A stretch of DNA of 64,000 bases from Acidobacteriota bacterium (GTDB lineage Bacteria; Acidobacteriota; UBA6911; RPQK01; JAJDTT01), in contig OZ253580.1 in the NCBI GenBank assembly GCA_965263035.1, positions 2,880,001 to 2,944,000 of the forward strand. Direction: 5' to 3'. Position 1 is the first letter of the stretch, and the number at the start of each line of letters is the position of its first letter. Made by a program: the position numbers and the translations under genes. The notes beneath the pieces were generated by a model that saw nothing but the letters and a program-made list of their open reading frames with translations, was not told the DNA's origin and did no database searches. Positions 50,474 to 60,092 of this stretch are shown here, piece after piece.

Positions 50474-51625
50474 TCAAGCGATATAATTCGCCCAATGCCC
50501 CATCAATTCGCGTCGCCGCGCGAACATATCAGATCGAAAATAGGCGCCTTCAACACCCTTGACGGTGTGCGCCAGACAAGCTTCTGCGACTTCCCGCGCT
50601 GCCCCGGTGTCGCCACACCAATCTCGGAAACTGGACCGGAAGCCATGCGGCACCGCCGGGATGCCGTTTTCTCTGATGAGCTTGGAAATCGTCGAATCGC
50701 TCAACGTCCGCCCGCTCGGACTCGGAAACACCAGCCCGGAACCGTCCGCGAATTTCAACACCTCGTTAAGCACTTCGAGAGCCCGTTTCGACAACGGCAC
50801 CCGGTGCTCCCGCCGGGTCTTCATGCGCTTGCCCGGTATGGTCCAAGTCGGTTTCGAAAGGTCCACTTCCTTCCACCGAGCGCCCCGAACCTCACCGGAG
50901 CGACAAGCCGTTAGCACAATGAACTCAAACGCAAGCACCGTGGCCCGGTAGGCACCCGACTGTCGAACTTTCTTAATCGCGGCCCCGACTTCACCATGCG
51001 GGAGGGCCCTATGGTGCTGGCGGCGAACACCGTTTTTCGGGAGAGCCGCCCCGATGACTTCTCCGGCCGGATTGTCTTGACGGTAGTTCTGGGCCACCGC
51101 CCATTTCATGACGGCGCCGATGCGTTGCCGCACCCGTCGAGCCGTCTCCCGCTTCTCGTTCCAGATTGGAAGGAGCACGGCCAGCACGTCAGCCGTCGTT
51201 ATCTTGTCCACGCGCTTGCGCCCCAGTATCGGCATGGCGTAGTCACGGAGACTCGCCCGCCATTGCGCCTCAGATTTGCCGCCGGGCCGCCACGTCGCCG
51301 CATGAATTCGGATGACCTTATCGGCGGCTTTCTCAAACGTCGGAATGCCGCCGCCGCGCGGGTCGCGTCCTTGGTGGACGGCCCGGCGGTTAACCAGCAC
51401 CACGTTGCGGGCCTCGGCCAGCGTGACCACTGGATAGATGCCGAGGCCAATGTTGAACGGCTTGCCGTTCATTCTGAGCCGCTGCGACCAGGTTTTGGAG
51501 AGTCGCCCGGATGCGGTAGGCTTGACCAAGATGCTCAAACCATGCCCACCGCGCCCGTCTCCATACCGGCCCGGTCGGTTGATGGATCTAACGAAAGATG
51601 CCGACAGTTGCTTGGGACGTTTCAT
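50474..51625 (-). CDS. P4-type tyrosine integrase with arm-binding domain
   Basis: PGRYGDG..GL..IGLGIYPVVTLAEAR arm domain; TACRSGE, HGFRSSFRDW, LAH, AY. Confidence 0.95.
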   Translation of the reverse strand: MKRPKQLSASFVRSINRPGRYGDGRGGHGLSILVKPTASGRLSKTWSQRLRMNGKPFNIGLGIYPVVTLAEARNVVLVNRRAVHQGRDPRGGGIPTFEKAADKVIRIHAATWRPGGKSEAQWRASLRDYAMPILGRKRVDKITTADVLAVLLPIWNEKRETARRVRQRIGAVMKWAVAQNYRQDNPAGEVIGAALPKNGVRRQHHRALPHGEVGAAIKKVRQSGAYRATVLAFEFIVLTACRSGEVRGARWKEVDLSKPTWTIPGKRMKTRREHRVPLSKRALEVLNEVLKFADGSGLVFPSPSGRTLSDSTISKLIRENGIPAVPHGFRSSFRDWCGDTGAAREVAEACLAHTVKGVEGAYFRSDMFARRRELMGHWANYIA

Positions 51626-51763
51626 TTCGGTATTATCTCCATTATCACTATCTTGGAGAGATTACACGAAACGGCGTGAAACGTCAATGGACATCAAAGA
51701 TATGATTATAAAAGAGTTAGGTGGACTTTCTGAGACGAATAGAAACTGATCAAAACCCTATAA

Positions 51764-51784
51764 TGGCGGATACCTCCTCCGCCA
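51764..51784 (+). repeat. attR: copy of the tRNA-Ser 3' end inside a 7-7-7 inverted repeat
   Basis: TGGCGGA-TACCTCC-TCCGCCA; last 14 nt identical to 19125-19138. Confidence 0.88.
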
Positions 51785-51880
51785 GCTTCCGTTCCATTTC
51801 ATCAGTTGGTCGGTTTCCCGGACCGACATGACGGATACAGTCGGGAGAGGGCGTGAAAACCTCAACGCGCGCCAGCGAAG

Positions 51881-52396
51881 TCACTTGCGCCGCTTCGGCT
51901 CGAATGTCATCGGGGACTCCCCGGTGATCTGCCCGCCCTTCATGCTGTGCCAGTGGGTCGTGAGGAGGTCCTCCCCCTGCAGTATGTACTCGGCGTGGTG
52001 CATGTAGTGGCCCTTGGGTGACGAGAGATTGGTGATGCTGTCGAAACGCAGCTCGAGGCGGTTTTCGGCGTCCCTGGCCCGTACTTCCAGGCGCGGCTGA
52101 TTTCCCGCCGCACAGTAGTGAGTCATCAGCACGCGTTCTCCGTCCGCGTGGTACATGTTGAGCATTTCATGTCCGTCGGGGCTGTTGGGAAACATCAGCT
52201 CCACCAGAGCCGAACCGCCGGAAGTGAGCCGGAAGCTGGAGCCGACGACGCCGGTTTCGCCGCCGTTCTCGTCCAGCAGGATCCATTCGCCTTCCAGCGC
52301 AGTCAGCTTCGACATCACGTCATCGTCCTTCGCGCCCGCCCCAGAGAGACCGATGGCGGCCAGAGCCAAGCCGACAAACAGAGTTTTTCTTGCCAT
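51881..52396 (-). CDS. Secreted hypothetical protein
   Basis: AAGGAG RBS; signal peptide; MYHADGERVLMTHYCAAGNQPRL. Confidence 0.75.
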   Translation of the reverse strand: MARKTLFVGLALAAIGLSGAGAKDDDVMSKLTALEGEWILLDENGGETGVVGSSFRLTSGGSALVELMFPNSPDGHEMLNMYHADGERVLMTHYCAAGNQPRLEVRARDAENRLELRFDSITNLSSPKGHYMHHAEYILQGEDLLTTHWHSMKGGQITGESPMTFEPKRRK

Positions 52397-52659
52397 TGGA
52401 TGGTTCTCCTTCCGTACCAGTCTAGCAGCAAGCCGGTAACTAGCTGCCAAACGAGAACGATCCGCGTAGCCGCTGTGCCCGCCACGTTTGGAAAACGTCT
52501 CGGCGGGAGCCGCCGGCCATCGCAAGGCGCCGTCCATGCGTCCAACTTGACTGCTTGAAAATTGCCGCCGCTTGATTTGCAGGTTAGCGCCGTCAAGATT
52601 CAAGGACCAGCGCTCCGGCGCCCGAAATTTGACGTGGCGACCAATCCGATTCCGGCGTG

Positions 52660-52720
52660 CATTCCGAATCAGACGGTGTTACATTCCGAATCGGACGGAG
52701 TCGGAATCCGAATTGGACGA
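52660..52720 (+). repeat. Three 17-bp direct repeats with 22-bp period
   Basis: CATTCCGAATCAGACGG (52660), CATTCCGAATCGGACGG (52682), GAATCCGAATTGGACGA (52704). Confidence 0.75.
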
Positions 52721-52726
52721 TGCCTG

Positions 52727-53986
52727 ATGCCGGATCAGACGATACGCACCGGGGAGTTTGTGGCGCGGCATGCCGAGCGGCCGGTTCGCGCAGCGCTGGC
52801 AGATACCCGCATCGTCGCGATCGTAGGGCCGCGCCAGTCCGGCAAGACGACGCTCGCTCGCCGTATCGCCGCTGCCGACGGCCGCCCTTTCATCACCCTG
52901 GATGACGATCAGTTCAGGCGGTTTGCTCGAAATGATCCGGCTGGCTTCATGCGCGCCCAACCGGCCGCGGTGATCGATGAAATCCAGCGCGCGCCAGGTC
53001 TCATCCTGGCACTCAAGCAAGCGGTGGATGAAGACCCGCGTCCCGGGCGCTTCCTGATCACGGGCTCGGTCGACCTTTTCCGGGGCTCGATCTCGCCTGA
53101 TTCGCTCGCGGGGCGCGTCGAGACGATCGAGCTCCTACCGTTTTCGCAAGCGGAGATCGCCGGTACCGGTCCGCCGGACTTCCTGGATCGAGCCTTTGCC
53201 GCAGATTTTCCGAACCTCGCGCTGACGGGATCGACCGACGGCTTGACGGAACGAATCATCTCCGGCGGTTTTCCCGAAGCTCTTTCTCGTGCGGTTCCTT
53301 CCCGACGGCGGAGCTGGCTGCGGGCTTATGCCCGCGCGCTCGCCGAACGCGATGTCTCCGATATCGCCTCCATCGCCAAGCTGAGCGACCTGAGCCGCCT
53401 GATCGACTACGCGGCTGTTTCCGCAGGCCAGTTGCTCAACCTGTCGGCCCTCGGATCGCGAATTGGCGTCGACGGCAAGACGGTCGACCGCTGGCTCGCC
53501 TTGTTCGAACACATGTTCCTGGTCCGACGTATCTTCGCTTGGCATCGTAGCGGGCTGAAAAGGCTCATCAAGGCGCCGAAGCTGCACTTTCTGGATTCCG
53601 GTCTGCTGGCGGCGCTCCAGCGGGTCTCGGCGGCGGCAGTGGCCAAGGACCGGCAGAAACTGGGGCCGCATCTGGAAAGCTTCGTTTACGCTGAGCTCGC
53701 CAAGGCGGCCACTCTTTCCGGCGAGGAGCTGACCATTAGTCATTATCGCGACAAGGATCAGGTCGAAGTTGACTTCGTGCTGGAGCGATCCCCCAGCGCA
53801 ATCGTCGGGATCGAAGTCAAGGCAAGCGGGACGGTGCGCCCCAGGGACTTCAAGGGCCTGAAGCGACTGCGAGAGGCCGCGGGCGACCGTTTCTCTTGCG
53901 GCATCATCCTCCATGACGGCGAGCGCGTTCAAAAAGCCGCGCCCAGGCTTTTCGCGATGCCCGTCAAGATGCTCTGGACTAACTGA
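52727..53986 (+). CDS. AAA_14 ATPase with DUF4143 nuclease-like domain
   Basis: GPRQSGKTT, IDEIQR, DSLAGR, KAPKLHFLDSG, EVDFV...IEVK. Confidence 0.9.
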   Translation: MPDQTIRTGEFVARHAERPVRAALADTRIVAIVGPRQSGKTTLARRIAAADGRPFITLDDDQFRRFARNDPAGFMRAQPAAVIDEIQRAPGLILALKQAVDEDPRPGRFLITGSVDLFRGSISPDSLAGRVETIELLPFSQAEIAGTGPPDFLDRAFAADFPNLALTGSTDGLTERIISGGFPEALSRAVPSRRRSWLRAYARALAERDVSDIASIAKLSDLSRLIDYAAVSAGQLLNLSALGSRIGVDGKTVDRWLALFEHMFLVRRIFAWHRSGLKRLIKAPKLHFLDSGLLAALQRVSAAAVAKDRQKLGPHLESFVYAELAKAATLSGEELTISHYRDKDQVEVDFVLERSPSAIVGIEVKASGTVRPRDFKGLKRLREAAGDRFSCGIILHDGERVQKAAPRLFAMPVKMLWTN

Positions 53987-54203
53987 AGACAGGAAGCAGG
54001 GCCGATTTCCGGCTGATCCGGGTCGCACTGGGAGTCTGCGCGGTAGAAACGATGGTAGCGAGAAAGTGGGGAATCGAGGCCGGATTTTCTCGATTTGGAG
54101 GTGCCTAGTTGTTCTATTCGCCGAGAAATCGGGGAAATATGGACCGATTCTACCGCTTTCGCAGTAGATCAATTTCTGTGGCGCAGGCTCCCAGGAGGGA
54201 GGG

Positions 54204-54482
54204 TCAATCCAGATCCCAGAGACGCTTCGGGTCCTCCAGTTCGTCCTTGGACTGCAGGGCCTCCCGAAACTTGTCCTCCAGACTGGCGTGCCGGCGTTTC
54301 TCGTCATCCACGACTTTGCTGAAACGCTGGTCCGCCCTGGCCTTGCGCTCGGTGATCGCCTCCAGGGCCGACTCGAAGGAATAGTCCTGTTTCTTGCTCT
54401 CGCTTCGAATCACGAGGCCGGTCTTGCCGTCGACCAGGAGTCTGCATCCGCATTCGGGGCATTCCACCTTGAGCCTGGACAT
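54204..54482 (-). CDS. Small zinc-ribbon plus coiled-coil protein
   Basis: VECPECGCRLLVDGKTG followed by a charged helix. Confidence 0.75.
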   Translation of the reverse strand: MSRLKVECPECGCRLLVDGKTGLVIRSESKKQDYSFESALEAITERKARADQRFSKVVDDEKRRHASLEDKFREALQSKDELEDPKRLWDLD

Positions 54483-54557
54483 GATTTCCCAATTCTAATA
54501 CGAATCGCCCAGGGCCGCTCCGGAGGGGGAAACGGAAGGTTGCCGGACCGGCGTTCG

Positions 54558-55157
54558 TCAGGATGGAATGCGGGAGAGTTCTTCCAACTGGCGCCGAAGT
54601 CCGGGCTCGGCCATGAGTTCCGACGCGCGAAACAGGGAAAAATAGCGGTAGGAATCCAGATTCTCGGCGGCGCCCTCCTCCCGATCGACGATGGAGATGA
54701 CGGCGGCCACGCGGTAGCCTTCGGCCTCGGCCTGGACGATGGCCTTCAGGGCCGATCCTCCCGTCGTGCAGACATCGTCGACCACCACCACCGGAGACCC
54801 CTTGGGTCCCTGGTAGCCTTCCAGGTAGCGCCGGGTGCCGTGGCTCTTGGGCTGCTTGCGGACGATGAACGCGGAAATCGGATCGAATCTGGCCCGGTGG
54901 GCGAAACTCACCGCCGCCACGGCGGCGACGATGGGGTCGGCGCCCAGGCTCAGACCGCCGATGGCGGCCGCCGAAACCTCACGCCGCCGAAGCTCCTCCA
55001 GGATCAACAGGGCTGAAAGGTAGGCCCCCTCGGGCTCCAGGGTGGCCCGCTTCAGGTCCAGGTAGTAGTGACTGTGCCGGCCCGAAGCGAGCCGGAAACG
55101 ACCCACTTTCAGGCAGCGGGTCAGCAGAATCTCTTGCAGGCGGTCGCGGGTGTCCAT
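54558..55157 (-). CDS. pyrE: Orotate phosphoribosyltransferase
   Basis: FRLASGRHSHYYLD, VRKQPKSHG, VVDDVCTTGGS. Confidence 0.93.
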   Translation of the reverse strand: MDTRDRLQEILLTRCLKVGRFRLASGRHSHYYLDLKRATLEPEGAYLSALLILEELRRREVSAAAIGGLSLGADPIVAAVAAVSFAHRARFDPISAFIVRKQPKSHGTRRYLEGYQGPKGSPVVVVDDVCTTGGSALKAIVQAEAEGYRVAAVISIVDREEGAAENLDSYRYFSLFRASELMAEPGLRRQLEELSRIPS

Positions 55158-55199
55158 GGGGATTCGAGTATACATGGAGTCTGGTACCATGACGCGCTC

Positions 55200-56519
55200 A
55201 TGCAGAGACCGGGCAAGTGGCTGTCTCGGATCGGTCCGGGCGCCATCGTTGCATCCGCCACGGTGGGAGCCGGCGAAACGGTCCTGGCCGTCCGTACCGG
55301 CGCCTGGGGCGGTTACGATCTCCTCTGGCTGATCCTTCTGGCCATCCTGGCCAAGTCGTTCCTGACGCTTTATCTCTTGGGCCACTATGCGGTCGCCACC
55401 GGACGCGCGGTGGCGGAGAAGCTGGTGGATCTGCCCGGTCCACGGGGGTGGTTCCTCTGGGTCGTCCTGGTGCTGGAGTCTCTGGTGGCTCCCTTCGTCT
55501 TCGTGGTGATCGCCGTCCCGTGCGGGCGCTTGATGAGCCAGGTGCTGGCGGCGGGCGGATTGAGCGTCTCCTACAAGTGGCTGGCTCTGGCCTTCCTGAG
55601 CTTGGCCATCCTGGTCGGCCTGGTGCAACGGTACGACACTCTGGAGAAGTCGCAGGGGCTGGTTTGCCTGGTGCTCCTGGTGGGAACCGTGACCGCCACC
55701 CTTCTGGCCCGGCCCGATTTCGCGGGGATTCTCAAGGGACTGTTCAGCCTGGGGACGGTCCCCCCCTACCCGGACTGGATCCCCACTGAAATCAAGGGCA
55801 GAAGCCGTCTTTTGGAGATGGCCGCGGTCTTCGGATACGCCGGCAGCATCCCCATGAACTACGTGGTCTACTCCAACTGGGCCCTGATGAAGGGCTGGAG
55901 CCTGAAGGGGGTCAAGGGAGGTTCTGCGAGAAAACGCGCGCTGGGGCCTCTGAAATTCGACGTGGGAGTCAACACCGTGGTCGTGTTTCTGGTGACGGTG
56001 GCTTTCATGGTGTCCGGCGCCGCAATTCTGAACCCCGCCCGGAAGATACCGCAGGGATATGATCTGCTGACGGAGCAGGCTCATATCTTCGCCGAAATCT
56101 CCCCCATGATGATTCCGCTCTACTACGTCACCATTCTCGCCGCCCTCTGGGGGACATTGAACGCGCTACCCGACATTTATGGCAGAGGCGCTCACAGCTT
56201 TTTGCGGCAGCTCCTGCCCGGCGCCCGGGAGTGGTCGCTCTCCAGGGTGAGAAACGTTTACGGGCTCTCCACCCTGGTCCTTTCCGGATTCTTCATCTGG
56301 AGTGGGACGACGCCCATCATCATGGTGGACATGGTGGCGCTTTTCAGCACCAATGTAGGTGTGGGCCTGACCTGTATCGCGGCAATTTGGCTGAATCGGC
56401 AGTTGCCGCCCGACAAACGGGTCCCGGCCTGGCTCTCCGGCGCCGCCGTGGCGGGAGCCGCCGTCACCAACGTCATGGCGCTGATTTCGGCGCGAGAAGT
56501 GTTGTTGCGTTACTTTTGA
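55200..56519 (+). CDS. Nramp/MntH-like membrane transporter
   Basis: IGPGAIVASATVGAGE...GYDLLW; many transmembrane helices; canonical DPGN absent. Confidence 0.75.
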   Translation: MQRPGKWLSRIGPGAIVASATVGAGETVLAVRTGAWGGYDLLWLILLAILAKSFLTLYLLGHYAVATGRAVAEKLVDLPGPRGWFLWVVLVLESLVAPFVFVVIAVPCGRLMSQVLAAGGLSVSYKWLALAFLSLAILVGLVQRYDTLEKSQGLVCLVLLVGTVTATLLARPDFAGILKGLFSLGTVPPYPDWIPTEIKGRSRLLEMAAVFGYAGSIPMNYVVYSNWALMKGWSLKGVKGGSARKRALGPLKFDVGVNTVVVFLVTVAFMVSGAAILNPARKIPQGYDLLTEQAHIFAEISPMMIPLYYVTILAALWGTLNALPDIYGRGAHSFLRQLLPGAREWSLSRVRNVYGLSTLVLSGFFIWSGTTPIIMVDMVALFSTNVGVGLTCIAAIWLNRQLPPDKRVPAWLSGAAVAGAAVTNVMALISAREVLLRYF

Positions 56520-56581
56520 CGCGAATTTCCGGTTCGGCTCTTGCGTTCGGAAGAGCGAGACCTGCAGATGGGAGGAAGCCC

Positions 56582-58117
56582 GTGACCGCCGACAAGCGAT
56601 TCAATCCTGACGAACTGAAACAGCTGCTCCAGAACAAATACGGGACCGGGGTGCGGGTCGAATTGTTCCCCAAATCGGATCGGGAGGAGACGGGCGAAGA
56701 GCCGAATCAGGCACCGGTGGAGCATCGTGACCTGACGTTCGACTATCGGCCGAGTCAGATCAAGGAGTATCTGGACCGTTTCGTCATTCAGCAGGACGAA
56801 GCCAAGAAGGTTCTGGCCACGGCGATCTGCGACCACTACCACCACATCCAGAACTGCAGCGACCCGGACGAGTGCCGGGAGTACAAGAAGCAGAACATCA
56901 TCATCATCGGTCCCACGGGGGTGGGAAAGACCTACCTGATCCAGAACATCGCCCGTTTGATCGGCGTTCCGTTCTGCAAGGCCGACGCCACCCGGTACAG
57001 TGAGACCGGCTACGTGGGGGGCGACGTGGAGGATCTGGTCCGGGAACTGGTCCAACAGGCGAACGACGACGTCCGGCTGGCGGAGTACGGAATCGTCTAC
57101 CTGGACGAGATCGACAAGATCGCCGCACCCACGGGGCTGATGGGAAGAGACGTGAGCGGCCACGGCGTGCAAAGGGGTCTCCTGAAGCTCATGGAGGAGA
57201 CGGAGGTGCCGTTGCGATCCCCCACGGACATCGCCAGCCAGATGCAATCTATGATGGAAATTCAATCTGGCCGCAAGTTGGAAAAGAAGACGATCAACAC
57301 CAAGCACATCCTCTTCATCGTCAGCGGGGCCTTCAACGGGCTGACCGAGATTGTCGGGAAACGCCTGGGCTCGAGACAGATCGGCTTCATGGGCGGAGAG
57401 CAGGAGGCGGAGCGGAAGGAGGAATTGCTGCTGCAGCAGATCCGGTCCACGGACTTCGTGGAGTATGGTTTCGAGTCGGAGTTCATCGGGCGCCTGCCGG
57501 TCGTGACCCACTGTCGGCGCCTCAGCGTCGACGACCTGTTTCAGATCCTCAAGAGGTCGGAAGGGTCCCTCCTCAAGCAGTACAAGAAGGACTTTCTGGC
57601 TTACGGCATCGACGCCTATTTCAAGGATGGGGCGATGCGGGCGCTTGCCGAGCTGGCGGAGCGGGAAGAGACGGGCGCGCGCGGCCTGATGACCGTGTGC
57701 GAGAGAATTTTCCGAGACTACAAATACCATCTGCCGGATCATGAGGTGACGGAATTGGTGGCGGACCGTGAGCTGGTCGAGAATCCGCAGGCGGCGCTCG
57801 ATGAACTCCTGGCCAGGCCGGGCCTGCATCACGAGGCCATCCTGCAGTTCCAGCTCAAACGCTTCGAGGGGGAGTTCCAGAAGCAGTACGGAGTGGAAAT
57901 CACGTTTACGCCAGAGGCCGTCGCACTCATCTCGGAACGGGTGAAGGGACCGAATGCCGACGTCCTGCAGTACTGCCGGGACCTGTTTCGGGAGTACGAG
58001 CACGGGATGAAGCTGCTGGCTCGCGCGCAGGCTTCCAAACCCCTGTCCGTGGACCCTCAGGTCATCAAGGACCCTGCGGGTTCGTTGGAGCGGTGGATCC
58101 GTGAGACTTACAAGTGA
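56582..58117 (+). CDS. ClpX-like AAA+ ATPase
   Basis: GPTGVGKT, ETGYVGGDVE, LDEIDKI, RDVSG.GVQ, EFIGRLP, TGARGL; no CxxC zinc-binding domain. Confidence 0.88.
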   Translation: MTADKRFNPDELKQLLQNKYGTGVRVELFPKSDREETGEEPNQAPVEHRDLTFDYRPSQIKEYLDRFVIQQDEAKKVLATAICDHYHHIQNCSDPDECREYKKQNIIIIGPTGVGKTYLIQNIARLIGVPFCKADATRYSETGYVGGDVEDLVRELVQQANDDVRLAEYGIVYLDEIDKIAAPTGLMGRDVSGHGVQRGLLKLMEETEVPLRSPTDIASQMQSMMEIQSGRKLEKKTINTKHILFIVSGAFNGLTEIVGKRLGSRQIGFMGGEQEAERKEELLLQQIRSTDFVEYGFESEFIGRLPVVTHCRRLSVDDLFQILKRSEGSLLKQYKKDFLAYGIDAYFKDGAMRALAELAEREETGARGLMTVCERIFRDYKYHLPDHEVTELVADRELVENPQAALDELLARPGLHHEAILQFQLKRFEGEFQKQYGVEITFTPEAVALISERVKGPNADVLQYCRDLFREYEHGMKLLARAQASKPLSVDPQVIKDPAGSLERWIRETYK

Positions 58118-58132
58118 GGAAGCCGCACCGCC

Positions 58133-58735
58133 TCAACTGGAGCGGCGGCGATAGACGGCGGCGAACACTGTTCGCAAGGGAGAGACGCAATAGGTCTCGA
58201 TGATCTGCTTTCCCGCCTGGGGCCGAAAGCACTTCTCGAGGTAGGGGTTGTCCACCTTGAAGGAGAGCCGCATGATGTCGGCGCCCTCGCCCCTTCTCTC
58301 CACGGCAAAAGCATCCTGCAGACTGGGCTCCAGGAGAAAGATCTGGTTGTAGCGGAGGTGTTTCAACTCGTAGGGCGTTGGCACCTTCTCGCTTCCCAGA
58401 TGCCGGTAGTGGGCCATGAGGCGACGCAGAAAATCGTCGTAGTCGAATGATTCCACCTTGTTGTTGACGCTCACTTCCACGATGAACGCGCCGTCGATCC
58501 AGGAAGAGCGCAGTCCGTAAGTGAAGTCCAGATCGCCCTTGTTGAATTTGATTCGGTGGCCCTTTTCGTCGTGGAAACGCTTGAGCTCCTCGGTTCCCTG
58601 TTGATCGGGAAGGTTCGCCACCTGCTCGCTGGTGATATAGAAGCTGGCGACGTTCCCGTACCAACCGTCAATGATATTGCCGAGGATCTTGTCGGCAGCC
58701 TGCCATATCTTCTCGGCGTCAGCAGTGGTCAACAT
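58133..58735 (-). CDS. Hypothetical protein
   Basis: 200 aa from MLTTADAEKIWQ with host-like codon usage. Confidence 0.7.
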   Translation of the reverse strand: MLTTADAEKIWQAADKILGNIIDGWYGNVASFYITSEQVANLPDQQGTEELKRFHDEKGHRIKFNKGDLDFTYGLRSSWIDGAFIVEVSVNNKVESFDYDDFLRRLMAHYRHLGSEKVPTPYELKHLRYNQIFLLEPSLQDAFAVERRGEGADIMRLSFKVDNPYLEKCFRPQAGKQIIETYCVSPLRTVFAAVYRRRSS

Positions 58736-58815
58736 GCGGTCCGCAGATTGTAAACCAAGCCCTGAAATCGTGTAAATAGCCTCAACGCAGTTTTGTTGCC
58801 TGCGACGGCCGGTCC

Positions 58816-59997
58816 TCATTCCTGTGCCGCCTGTGGCGCGGCCGTCAGCCCGCCTTTTCCCAGGTCGGGCGGCAGCCGCAATGCCAGGATGAATCCTGGC
58901 ACCGCGAAGAGGACGATGGCCGTCATGGTCAACTGAAGACCCACCGTCTGACTGACGAATCCAACCACGGGCAGGAGCAAGCCGCCCACGCCCCAGGCGA
59001 ACCCCATGAGCAGCGCCGAGATGGTGGAGGTGGCCTCCGGCACCATCTGTTGGGCCATCACCACGTTGACGGGGGAGGTGGAGAGCAGGACGCCGCCTCC
59101 CAGAATGCACAGCACGATGGAAATTGGCCCCTGGGACCAGAGAAAAGCCAGCAACAGAGGCAGGCTGCCGCACATGGAAAGAGCGAGGATGCTCTTGCCC
59201 CCGAAGCGGTCGCTCAGGATGCCCCCCAGGAAACCGGCGCTGCCGCCGGCCAGCAGAAACAGGCTCAGAACCAGGGCAGCCCGCGCCGCGCCATATCCGT
59301 GCAGCGTCAGATACAAGGGGAGAAAAGCGACGAAGATGATCTGAATGGATCCTCGGATGACCACGAGCAGGTAGAGGATCAGAAGTGGCTTTCGTTGCTC
59401 CATAAGCCGCGAAAGAAGTGTTCTGTGGTGGAGAGCGGCCGTCGGGGACGGGGACGGGCCGTAAAGGATGAGGTACAGACTCATGGCGACGCCCGGCACG
59501 CCCGCCCAGAGGCTGGAGCCCAGGCCCACAAGGGCAATCACGGCGGTGATATAGACCGGGCCCAGGGCGTAGCCGAGCATGCCGCCGGTGACGAAAACCG
59601 ACATGTGGAAACCCTTTCTGCGGGCGGAGGACTCCGAGACAATAGACGCCGCCTGGGGGTGAAACGCCGAGATCCCGACGCCGCCCAAAATGACCATCAC
59701 CAACAGCGCCCGGAAATCGGGAGCCAGGCCCAGGGCGGAGATGAAGAGCCCCGCCAGTCCGGGTCCCAACGCGGTGAAGACAGGTTTCCGCAGCCGGTCG
59801 GCCAGGTAGCCGTAAAAGGGCTGCATGAACGCGCTGGAAAAACTCAGGACGCCGCCCAGAATCCCGGCTTCGACCAGCGACAGGTCCAGTTCCTGGTGGA
59901 GGAAGGGCAGGAACGCCCCGAACATGCTGGCGTAGCAGTCGATGAGGAAGTGACCGCCGGACAATGAAAGAACCGGCCTCGGAACTCTGAACGACAT
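58816..59997 (-). CDS. MFS transporter (Fsr-like)
   Basis: GHFLIDCY, QPFYGYLADR, SAFHP, GILSDRFG. Confidence 0.88.
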   Translation of the reverse strand: MSFRVPRPVLSLSGGHFLIDCYASMFGAFLPFLHQELDLSLVEAGILGGVLSFSSAFMQPFYGYLADRLRKPVFTALGPGLAGLFISALGLAPDFRALLVMVILGGVGISAFHPQAASIVSESSARRKGFHMSVFVTGGMLGYALGPVYITAVIALVGLGSSLWAGVPGVAMSLYLILYGPSPSPTAALHHRTLLSRLMEQRKPLLILYLLVVIRGSIQIIFVAFLPLYLTLHGYGAARAALVLSLFLLAGGSAGFLGGILSDRFGGKSILALSMCGSLPLLLAFLWSQGPISIVLCILGGGVLLSTSPVNVVMAQQMVPEATSTISALLMGFAWGVGGLLLPVVGFVSQTVGLQLTMTAIVLFAVPGFILALRLPPDLGKGGLTAAPQAAQE

Positions 59998-60092
59998 GGA
60001 CGCGCCATTCTCGCACAATCCGCCGTATAGTAGGGGTACCCCTCGTGGGTGCCCGCTTCGACTCTACGCTCTGAAATAAAATGAAACACGTC

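Larger units (their letters stand above)
19125..51784. mobile_element. Genomic island / decayed P4-like integrative element inserted in tRNA-Ser
   Basis: 14-bp direct repeat TACCTCCTCCGCCA at 19125-19138 and 51771-51784; integrase and AlpA at the right end; portal-like remnant at the left end; accessory, more AT-rich content. Confidence 0.88.

Noticed and set aside
54030-54170. Possible MITE after the DUF4143 gene
   Set aside because: Only loose inverted and direct similarities (CGAGAAA..GGGGAA twice); no defined ends or second copy.
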